A stretch of DNA of 64,000 nucleotides from Octopus vulgaris (Eukaryota). Position 1 is the first letter of the stretch. Each line of letters opens with the position of its first letter. Below, in pieces: positions 53,937 to 64,000 of this stretch. Both the position numbers and the translations under genes were made by a program. The notes under the pieces were generated by a model. It did no database searches. It saw only the letters and a list, made by a program, of their open reading frames with translations, and was not told the origin of the DNA. The stretch spans positions 179,304,001-179,368,000 of the forward strand of contig OX597815.1 of NCBI GenBank assembly GCA_951406725.2, given 5' to 3'.

Positions 53937-56203
53937 AAGTATGAAATAAAATTTACATATAAATATAAATATGTGTGCATACACACTCATATTCTTACAT
54001 ATATATATACACACAATAATACAATATAAACAATATAGATCAATATACATTAACAAACACAATAATGTTCCATATTGAACTCACAGTTCTATAACTAACA
54101 TCAAGGAACCACAACATGTACACTCACATTTAAAGCAGGCATATATATTGAACAGTCCAATTTATTAAAATGTGTCATTACACAAAAAGTCAATAAAATT
54201 AATATTAATATTAATAATAATAATAACAACCACGACTGTACCATCCAATGCAAGCGGACATCCACATATATACTCAATCAGTCGAATTCCTCTGCCCGCA
54301 TGGTATTGATTTTCATAGATGGATTCGCTTGGCTTATAGTTTTAAATTTGAATTACAATGGAAATTTTACGGTTAGTTAGCTAGGAAACATACACACGCG
54401 CACGCACATCCACAAATCGTGCGCACATACATACATAGTTATATGTATACACACACACACACACACACACATACACACAGACATACCCACATACACAACC
54501 AAATCATAAATAAATAAATAAATAATATAAGAGGTAGTATCGCAACTATACACATGCAAAACAGAGGAACTCAACCGATTGCACATACATGCATTCAGAC
54601 ATCCAGACACCCCGGACGACACCATGGCCGTGGTATTAACTAAGTATTTACAAATAGATCCACTCACATATGTCAATAAATCAGTAAATGCAAACATACA
54701 TATAATTATATCCAGATAGAGAGTGTAATTTGTCATAAGGTACATAATTCATATGACACCGTATTTTTCGTAAACATAATATTTTATAACTAAAAATGTC
54801 CGCAACTTTACCGCTATGTTTTATTCAAACATTCGCTAAATTATAAAGTATAGAATACCCGTTTCTGTTTGTCTATCAAAAGACATAAAAATATATATAT
54901 ACTAAGTTAACATCGGTTTATAATAATTAAATTATAAGAAATTAATTGTAAAAAGTCAAAATACGCTAATATTCTAAGATATATAATCAAAATAACTCCT
55001 TATAGCTTATACAGATAGCATCCCTACGTAAGAAATCTAGTATTATTACAATACTAATATTTTCCTATTTAAACCCTCACCAACGAACTAATAGGATTAC
55101 ACTCACATCTACATGTCCATATGTATACTCATGTGTAACAACAAACCTATACATACACACCATATATTTTCACATATAATGTGCGTGTAAACATTCGTAG
55201 TACTTATATATATATATATTTTTAAGTATCAGTGGACACATAAATACATATATAATAATTAACAGGATTTAGCATTAAATAATATCAGTGGACATATAAA
55301 TACCTATAAAGCAATTAACAGGACTTACCAATAAATAGTATATAAGTAAATAACAATAAATTAAATTAATTATAAGTTAATAATTGTAATTACTTAAAAT
55401 TAAAATGTAATAAAATAAAATAAGATGAAATAATTAAAATTAAAATGAAAATATAAGTAAAAGTTTGTATATATATATATATATATTATTATAATAAATA
55501 ATGGATATGTATGTATATATCTACATATAAATAAATAAATAAATAAATAAATAGATAAATACCATAGAATACAAATTAAGATAAATACAAAGGTAAACCT
55601 AATATATAGTACTGCTAATATGTATATATCCACATATACATAAATGAATAGATAGATAGATAAATAACATAAAATAAAATGAAAAATATACATTGAAATG
55701 AGTACATAGATAAACTTAGTATACAGGCTACTATTATGTAAATATTTACATATAGATAAATGAATAAATAAATAGATAAATAACATAAAGTACAAATCAA
55801 GATGAGTACAAATATAGACTAAATATATAAGACTGCTAATATGTATAAAGCCACATATAAGTAAATGAATAAATTTATTAATAAATAACTTAAGATACAA
55901 ATTAAGATTAGTACAAAGATACACATGTATGTATATATATGCTTGAAGACGGTCATAACAAATGATGAATTGTGGGTTTATGTTTTATGACCCCGAAATC
56001 AAGGCTTGAAAGGAATCCTACTTGAAAGGAACAAATGTTCAAGATGTCGAGGAACTCCATGAGAATGTGACGCGCAGCTGTTCGTTATCCTCCAAAAGGA
56101 ATTCTAGGAATGCTTCCATGAATGGAAGCGACGCTGAATAGTGTGTAGCTTCAGAAGTGGGCTACTTCAAAGGGGAGGAGATGCCGAATTTATATGTGCA
56201 GTA

Positions 56204-56416
56204 CTGTAACCCCTCGCCGTATAGCGGTTCACTTATCGCGGTTCACTTATCACGGTTTATTATTTAAGTTTACATCGGTTCTTTCGTGGTGTTGTTTTGC
56301 ATTTATGATAAAATATATATATACAAATTATAAAAATAATAATAAAAGAAATACAGTACAGTACTGTTTCTACTTCGCGAAATTTCACCTTTCCCGCGAT
56401 AGTCGGGAGATTACTG
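56204..56416. mobile_element. Tigger/pogo-type MITE
   Basis: ta-ctgtaacccctcgccgtatagcgg ... ccgcgatagtcgggagattactg-ta. Confidence 0.65.
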
Positions 56417-57204
56417 TAGTTTACTTTTTGTAGCACCAGCGACGATATATTTTGATTAAACCTCGTATCTGTAAACAAAATGACGAACCTATACAAAAAA
56501 AAAATACCAGAAATAGAGATAAACAACACGGAGATTGAAAATAGAAACCCTCTGTATAACAATAGACACCTTAGAAATTGGGAAAAAATGATAAACACGA
56601 ATATGTGATAGTAGTAATTTAAAGATTTACACACGTAAACAACACGACGGAAAAGAGAACGACGTATATGACGCAGTAAACTTTTAAATCTATTCACGTT
56701 AATACTCGTTGCTAAAATATAGTTGCGTCTGGATTTTCAATGAAAGCAAACAGGACCACTGAATTAAGACCACTGAAATAGTTTTACAAATAATCATTAT
56801 TTATAACACCAGCCTAAGAGGAGAAAGTGTTAGACGATGAAATCGACCCCAATACATGACAGGTATTTGATTTTCTCGTCATCAAAATGGTTAAATTATA
56901 AACGACGATTTTATCCAGTGTTTTGGGTTGAATTTACAGCAGAGAGATCTTATAGGTCTTACATGACTCAGACTAGAAAATATGCCCCGTTATTTCGTGT
57001 GGTTCTTTCTCCATTAACCTTTTAAAGGGAGACAGGGTTCTCTGGTTCTCCTTCTTTAGGTATAGATATGTTATTTCTCTATTTGCTCTTTCCAATAACT
57101 CTGGGAGGAAAATGGGAAACATTATCTGGTTTTACACAATACTCCGATTTAATTCTGTTTTTACTAATTGCGAAAAAAAAAAAAACTCATCTGAACACTA
57201 AGAC

Positions 57205-57239
<35 letters not shown>

Positions 57240-57261
57240 ACAGCAACAATAATGGTAGTAA

Positions 57262-57478
57262 GCCTTTTTGCTATAGACACAGGGTATGAAATTTTAGGGA
57301 AAGGGGCTGGTCGATCACATCGACCCTGGTGCTCAACTCGGTACTTATTTTAGCGATCCCGAAAGGATGAAAGGCAAAATCGACCTCAGTGGAGTTTGAT
57401 TTCTGAACGTAAAGACGGACGAAATGCCGATAAGCATGTTATCCGGAGTGCTAACAATTCTGGCAGCTCATCGCCTTA
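57262..57478 (-). mobile_element. SINE family B
   Basis: cccgaaaggatgaaaggcaaaatcgacc; head cagctcatcgcctt. Confidence 0.8.
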
Positions 57479-57837
57479 ACAACAACATTAATAGTAAAGC
57501 TTCCGTTTTTTGGATTTTTTGCATACATTTTTTTGCATACGTTCTTGGAAAAGTTTTCTGTCTGCTAAATTCCACTCACGAGATATTGGTCAACCAGAAA
57601 CTCGAACAAAAGACATTTATCTAAGGTGCCTCACAGCGGAAATGAACCAGGAGCAGCGTGGCTACAAAGCGAACTTCGTGACAACAGAACCATGTCTGCG
57701 TCTATGTATTTATGAAACTACATTCCTTGCCTGTTTATTATACCATTATTAATTAAATAGAATTATTTTGAAAATTGTAATGATATAATCTATTTATCTA
57801 CATGTGTCTCGTTCTTCTTCCCTCTCTCTCTATCTAA

Positions 57838-57916
<79 letters not shown>

Positions 57917-58271
57917 AACATATATATATATGAAGTGTCTTTATACATTTTGATAAGATATTAATGTTTATCATTCGAGACTCTTATTTATTTAATATAA
58001 TTGTTCCACAAACCAGTGTGAAACTTGTGATATTATCAAAACAAAAGTAGAAAGTGTGATTTTCTGACTTTTGCTGAGGTCTTTATTTACTTAACTGAAA
58101 TACTGCGTACTATTTGCAATCAAAAATCGAAATAGGCGCTTACCAACCACATGGTTCCGGGTTCAGTCCCACTACGTGGCACCTTGGGCAATTGTCTTCT
58201 ACTATAGCCTCAGGCCGACGAAAGCCTTGTGAGTGGATTTGGTAGACGGAAACTGAAAAAAGCCCGTCGTA

Positions 58272-58310
<39 letters not shown>

Positions 58311-58484
58311 ATTCTCTAAAAGAGATATAGACAGTAACTGCTCGATAACATAAGGGACTAAAGCCATCTGAATATGGCTAGGGACAGGGCAGGTGGTGGG
58401 GGTGTTACTGTTGCATTTATACGTCACCAGAAAGGCTACACCGTCACGGTGCCCTTAACCTGCAAAGGGAGGTAATTCCCCGAT

Positions 58485-58558
58485 GAAGCGGAAACCACAC
58501 ACGGACCATGGTTTCAAGGTGTATTGCCTATCGTCGGCGTGTGGTAGGCTTCCGCTTC
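58485..58558 (-). ncRNA. Type-I hammerhead motif (array copy 1)
   Basis: Reverse complement of 59019-59092. Confidence 0.65.
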
Positions 58559-58844
58559 CTCGACGAATCCTCACTCTGCAGGATATTCATATATAGATTT
58601 TCAAGCAAAATACATTTGCTGATTTCGAAAATCTGTTCGAAAGCAATAATAATTCTCTAAAAGAGATATAGACAGTAACTGCTCGATAACATAAGGGACT
58701 AAAGCCATCTGAATATGGCTAGGGACAGGGCAGGGTGGTGGGGGTGTTACTGTTGCATTTAGCCCCAGGCGAACATCGACGTCACCAGAAAGGCTCGACA
58801 CCGTCACGGTGCCCTTAACCTGCAAAGGGAGGTAATTCCCCGAT

Positions 58845-58918
58845 GAAGCGGAAACCACACACGGACCATGGTTTCAAGGTGTATTGCCTATCGTCGGCGT
58901 GTGGTAGGCTTCTGCTTC
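58845..58918 (-). ncRNA. Type-I hammerhead motif (array copy 2)
   Basis: As copy 1, with one substitution in distal stem I. Confidence 0.65.
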
Positions 58919-59018
58919 CTCGACGAATCCTCACTCTGCAGGATATTCATATATAGATTTTCAAGCAAAATACATTTGCTGATTTCGAAAATCTGTTCGA
59001 AAGCAATAATTCGTCGAG

Positions 59019-59092
59019 GAAGCGGAAGCCTACCACACGCCGACGATAGGCAATACACCTTGAAACCATGGTCCGTGTGTGGTTTCCGCTTC
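59019..59092 (+). ncRNA. Type-I hammerhead motif (array copy 3; U4C core)
   Basis: cacacg-CCGACGA-t-agg(caataca)cct-t-GAAA-CCATGG-TC-cgtgtg; stem I extended by gaagcggaa/ttccgcttc; predicted cleavage after 59073. Confidence 0.65.
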
Positions 59093-59378
59093 ATCGGGGA
59101 ATTACCTCCCTTTGCAGGTTAAGGGCACCGTGACGGTGTCGATCCTTTCTGGTGACGTCGATGTTCGCCTGGGGCTAAATGCAACAGTAACACCCCCACC
59201 ACCCTGCCCTGTCCCTAGCCATATTCAGATGGCTTTAGTCCCTTATGTTATCGAGCAGTTACTGTCTATATCTCTTTTAGAGAATTATTATTGCTTTCGA
59301 ACAGATTTTCGAAATCAGCAAATGTATTTTGCTTGAAAATCTATATATGAATATCCTGCAGAGTGAGGATTCGTCGAG

Positions 59379-59452
59379 GAAGCGGAAGCCTACCACACGC
59401 CGACGATAGGCAATACACCTTGAAACCATGGTCCGTGTGTGGTTTCCGCTTC
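59379..59452 (+). ncRNA. Type-I hammerhead motif (array copy 4)
   Basis: Identical to 59019-59092. Confidence 0.65.
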
Positions 59453-59669
59453 ATCGGGGAATTACCTCCCTTTGCAGGTTAAGGGCACCGTGACGGTGTC
59501 GAGCCTTTCTGGTGACGTCGATGTTCGCCTGGGGCTAAATGCAACAGTAACCCCCCCTGCCTCCTACATATATATATATGTCTATATCTTTTAGAGAATA
59601 TATAACAGATTTTCGAAATCAGCAAATGTATAAAATCTATATATATCCTGCCGATGAGGATTCGTCGAG

Positions 59670-59739
59670 GAAGCGAGCCTACACCGCCGACGATAGGCAA
59701 TACACCTTGAAACCATGGTCCGTGTGTGGTTTCCGCTTC
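59670..59739 (+). ncRNA. Type-I hammerhead motif (array copy 5, damaged stem I)
   Basis: Core intact; small deletions in the 5' strand of stem I. Confidence 0.5.
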
Positions 59740-59894
59740 ATCGGGGAATTACCTCCCTTTGCAGGTTAAGGGCACCGTGACGGTGTCGAGCCTTTCTGGT
59801 GACGTCGATGTTCGCCTGGGGCTAAATGCAACAGTAACACCCCCACCACCCTGCCCTGTCCCTAGCCATATTCAGATGGCTTTAGTCCCTTATG

Positions 59895-59954
<60 letters not shown>

Positions 59955-60900
59955 ATGTGTTTGTGTGTCTGTGTTTGTTCCCCCAACATTGCTTGACAAC
60001 CGATGCTGGTGTGTTTACGTCCCCGTAACTTAGCGGTTCGGCAAAAAGAGACCGATAAAATAAGTACTAGGCTTCCAAAGAATAAGACCGGGGTCGATTT
60101 TCTCGACTAAAGGCGGTGCTCCAGCATGGCCACAGTCAAATGACTGAAACAAGTAAAAGAGTAAAAGAGTATAGGCTCGAGAGTATGCGAGATGTTTCAC
60201 TCTATTAGAACACATCTAGCTTTATGAAGAGAACGTAAAGAGAGGCATTGTGTTGGTGAAAACCTGAACTGTAAGTTTGTTTTAATGGCTGAGTCAGAGA
60301 AAATGAGCTTCCATGACAAGTAGAAGGAAAGTAAGAAATTATTCTCACATTGGAGACCTTATCCACATGCTTGCGACAGAGTGGGCACCTTTAATAAACG
60401 TAGCTGAGTGCTTGGTGAATGAGTTAAACCAGATGGCGTATTGTTGCCTGTCTGTCAAAAGAAAAGCGTCTGCTTTAAAAGATTTCCGAAGTAATCCGGA
60501 GGAAGGCATCCTCATTTGACGTAATCGTTTTCCCACGGCCATTTCAAGTTTAGAATCTAGTGATTGTGAAGACAGCGCTGTATACTCCAGTGAGTAAATA
60601 ACATTTTTAATGCAACTTTGAACTTAGTTTCCTTCGATTTAAGTCGGAGCTGATAAAATTAAAAGAATAAATAAATGCAGGCTAGACGTTTGTGTTGAAG
60701 CAAATGACAGTATTATTGTTCTTCAATAACTGAATATCTGTATCAATATAAAAGCATCGTAATAAAGTTGGAGGATAGGAGAGTGTGCAGTGTTGATGGC
60801 TTCCTAGCAGTTTGTTTTGTTCTTGTACATAAAGGAACCGAATCGAACAACAACCAACTTTGCCTTTCATTATTTGCAAGGTCGATAAAACAAGTATACA

Positions 60901-61317
60901 GGCGCAGGAGTGGCTGTGTGGTAAGTAGCTTGTTTACCAACCACATGGTTCTGGGTTCAGTCCCACTGCGTGGCACCTAGGGCAAATGTCTTCTACTATA
61001 GCCTCGGGTCGACCAAAGCCTTGTCAGTGGATTTGGTAGACGGAAACTGAAAAGAAGCCCGTCGTATATATGTATATATATATATATGTATATGTGTGTT
61101 TGTGTATCTGTGTTTGTCCCCCTAGCATTGCTTGACAACCGATGCTGGTGTGTTTATGTCCCCGTAACTTAGCGGTTCGGCAAAAGAGACCGATAGAATA
61201 AGTACTGGGCTTACAAAAGAATAAGTCCCAGGGCTGAGTTGCTCGATTAAAGGCGGTGCTCCAGCATGGCCGCAGTCAAATGACTGAAACAAGTAAAAGA
61301 GTAAAAGAGTAAAAGAG
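60901..61317 (+). mobile_element. SINE family A, full length, young
   Basis: tRNA-like head, CORE-like accttgggcaagtg variant, microsatellite centre, (gtaaaaga)n tail. Confidence 0.92.
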
Positions 61318-61340
61318 ATAATTATTTAGCCAACGATGTA

Positions 61341-61580
61341 GAAGGCGCGTGGCTAAGTGGTTGATCTTAAAGTCGTGAGTTCGATTCCAAGAGGTGTGTT
61401 GTGTCCTTGTTTTGTCCTTGTATTTCTTGTTGCTCCACTTCATTCACTTGGCAAAACTGAGTTGTACCTGTAATTCAAAGGGCCAGCCTCATCACAATTT
61501 GTGTCACGGCGAATCACCCCGAGAACTACATTAAGGCCATGCATGTTTATGGAGTACTCAGCCATTTGCATGTTAATTCC
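61341..61580 (+). mobile_element. SINE family D, tRNA-derived (related fragment at about 27282-27377)
   Basis: Box A TGGCTAAGTGG, box B GAGTTCGATTCC; shared cgagaactac.ttaagg. Confidence 0.7.
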
Positions 61581-61645
61581 ACATTCAGAAAGGGACAGAG
61601 GGAGAGGGAAACTGACCCTGTACTCATTTAAAAGAAATTGATATA

Positions 61646-62340
61646 ATGATTCCAAATTTTTGCGACAAGGGCAGCGTGGGGGAGGAGATTAAGTCGATTA
61701 CATCGATCCCAGTTCGCAACTGGTACTTAATTTATCGACCCCGAAATGATGAAAGGCAAAGTGAACCTCGGCGAAATTTGAACTCAGAATGTAGCGGCAG
61801 ACGTAATACTTATTTCTTTATTGTCCACAAGGGGCTAAACATAGAGGGGACAAACAAGGACAGACAAACAGATTAAGTCGATTACATCGATCCCAGTTCA
61901 TAACTGGTACTTATTTAATCGACCCCGAAAGGATGAAAGGCAAAGTTGACCTCGGCGGAATTTGAACTCAGAACGTAGGGGCAGGCGAAATACCTATTTC
62001 TTTACTGACCACAAGGGGGTTACACACAGAGGGGACAAACAAGGACAGACAAACGGATTAAGTCGATTACATCGACCCCAGTGCGTAACTGGTACTTAAT
62101 TTATCTATTTCTTTACTACCCACGAGGGGCTAAGCACAGAGGGGACAAACAAGGACAGACAAACGGATTAAGTCGATTATATCGACCCCAGTGCGTAACT
62201 GATACTTTTTTAATCGACCCCGAGAGGATGAAAGGCAAAGTCGACCTCGGCGGAATTTGAACTCAGAACGTAAAGACAGACGAAATACTCGCTAAGCATT
62301 TCGCCCGGCTTGTTAACGAATCTGCCAGCTCGCCGCATTA
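61646..62340 (-). mobile_element. SINE family B with multiple internal tandem duplications
   Basis: gaggggacaaacaaggacagacaaac recurs three times; core recurs three times. Confidence 0.9.
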
Positions 62341-62807
62341 AATAAAGAAAAAGAGATTAATATAATGAAGGACTGAAACCCGATGAAGCAAAATATCCGA
62401 CGGTTTCCTTTGATGAGAACATTGAAAGCAGCTCATCACTCGAAAAGGTGATAATGTATTTGATGATTGTGAAAGTTTTAGTTTGTTTAACCTTTCATTT
62501 GAATAAAATGTAATTGCATCACCTGTGTATGGGTTTTAATTAAAAGGTTTAAACAGTGCTAATTAGATGAGAGACAGAAAACTATTAATTGGTTCATTAC
62601 ATGGAAAAGTAAAAATAAAAAAAAAGTATTGTGACATAAATACAAACCAGAGGAAATATAAGAATGGTAAGGTTGCTGTTTCAGAAGCATTTTGACTTTG
62701 ATCAGTAGGTGTCATCTCAATCTGATGATTCCATGTTTAATGGAGAGTTCTAGAGAGAGAGAGATGACATCCGTGCGAGTTTTGTAGGCGTTAGGTTTAG
62801 CTGCATC

Positions 62808-63150
62808 AAGAGGCGAGCTAGCAGAAACGTTAGCACGCCGGGCGAAATGCTTAGCAGTATTTCGTCTGCCGTTACGTTCTGAGTTCAAATTCCGCCGTGG
62901 TCGACTTTGCTTTTGAAGGCGGCAGCTGGCAGAAACGTTAGCACGCAGAGCGAAATGCTTAGCAGTATTTCATCTGCCGTTACGTTCTGGGTTCAAATTC
63001 CGCCGAGGTCGACTTTGCCTTTCATTCTTTCGGGGTCGATAAATTAAGTACCAGTTACGCACTGGGGTCGATGTAATCGACTTAATCCGTTTGTCTGTCC
63101 TTGTTTGTCCCCTTTATGTTTAGCCCCTTGTGGGTAGTAAAGAAATAGGA
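62808..63150 (+). mobile_element. SINE family B with duplicated head
   Basis: Head repeated at about 62810 and about 62916. Confidence 0.9.
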
Positions 63151-63257
63151 TTTGTTGCATTCATGGGTGTAGCACCTGGCTACAAGGACTCTGCTATTCT
63201 GAGGAGAAGCAGTCAGAAATGGTGAAGAAACTTGGGATATTCGATCTTTTTTTTATA

Positions 63258-64000
63258 ATCTTCTCTTTCACATTTTTCAGTCATTAGACTGTGGCCATGC
63301 AGGGGCACTGCCTTGAAGAATTTTAAGTCGGATAGATCGACCCAGTACTTATTTCTTAAAGTCTGCTGTTTATTCTATCGGTCGTTTTTGCTGAATCATT
63401 AAGTTACAGGGATGCAAACATGTCAACACCGGTTGTCAAGTGGCGGGCCGCGGGACAAACACACACACAGAGTATATATATATATAGTTCGGGTTTCTTT
63501 CACAAGGTTTTAGCCGGCCTGAAGCTATAGTAAAAGACGCCTGGCTATGGTGTCACGCAGTGGGACTGATCCCTGAACCATGTGGTTGGTAAGCAAGCTT
63601 CTCACTGCATAGTTACGCCCGTGACTTTGAAGATAAAATAAGAAATTGGAGGCGTGGCTGTGTGGTAAGAAGATTGCTTCCCAACCACATGGTTCCCGGT
63701 TCAGTTCCACTGCGTGGCACCTTCGGTAAGTATCTTCTGCTATAGCCTTGGGCCGTCAAAAGCCTTGTGAATGGATTTGGTAGACGGAAACTGAAAGAAG
63801 CCTGTAGTAAACATATATGTATATACTTGTGTATATGTGTCTGTGTTTGTCCTCCATCATCGCTTGACAACCGACGTTGGTGTGTTTACGTCCCCGTAAT
63901 TAGAATTTCGGTAATAGAGACCGATAGAATAAGTACCAGACTTACAAAGAATAAGTCCGGGTGGTGCTCCAGCCTGGCCACAGTCAAAATGACAGAAACA
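63258..64000. mobile_element. Two divergent family A SINEs (63258-63620 minus; 63650-64000 plus)
   Basis: Family A head, core and tail motifs in each orientation. Confidence 0.85.

Larger units (their letters stand above)
58306..59898. mobile_element. Retrozyme-like array: 360-bp unit, 2 copies on minus and about 2.7 copies on plus, divergent junction at about 59010
   Basis: Period 360 (58501/58861; 59062/59422); one plus-strand unit shortened to 287; each unit has an HHR motif; flanked by (TA)n. Confidence 0.85.
58134..60170 (+). mobile_element. Family A SINE split by the 360-bp array (5' part 58134-58270, 3' part 59944-60170)
   Basis: The two halves are colinear with the intact copy at 60901-61317. 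Confidence 0.88.

Noticed and set aside
55941-56005. HHR-like TTGAAGA-ggtcataa...ttatgacc-GAAA
   Set aside because: Stem II present, but no UH site or stem I/III
58478-58520. Second hammerhead on the opposite strand of the 360-bp unit (CCGATGA-agcg-GAAA-cca)
   Set aside because: No stem II and no stem I pairing; explained as the complement of the extended stem I
59100-59190. HDV-like, twister or pistol ribozyme in the 360-bp unit (ggggctaaatgcaa resembles J4/2-P2)
   Set aside because: Could not assemble P1/P1.1/L3 in the required order
58601-60028. Repeated 85-aa ORF MVSASSGNYLPLQ...
   Set aside because: Non-ATG start, no recognisable domain, broken in deleted copies; a by-product of the repeat

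Overview
Eukaryotic, AT-rich, microsatellite-dense non-coding DNA. The SINE and LINE content suggests an octopod cephalopod (Octopus-like); this is inferred from repeat motifs, not from a search. No host protein-coding gene can be supported, and almost all ORFs in the track are (TA)n/(CA)n/(GA)n artefacts. Recognisable content: (1) a near-intact Penelope-like retroelement (RT plus GIY-YIG endonuclease, Neptune-type Cys linker, one internal stop and one frameshift); (2) decayed CR1, RTE, R4/Dong-type (RLE) and Tx1-like LINEs; (3) mariner and Chapaev3-like transposase relics; (4) several MITEs and non-autonomous Helitrons; (5) more than 25 tRNA-derived SINE copies. The most interesting signal is a set of type-I hammerhead-ribozyme (HHR) motifs in short non-coding elements that mostly sit next to (TA)n and show Penelope-style inverted junctions. 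These include a 360-bp retrozyme-like tandem/inverted array with five HHR copies (58306-59898), a tRNA-headed SINE with an internal HHR (35320-35603), and HHRs whose cores show all three of C3-G8, U3-A8 and G3-C8. Ribozyme calls come from manual motif and stem matching only; activity is untested and many element boundaries are approximate.
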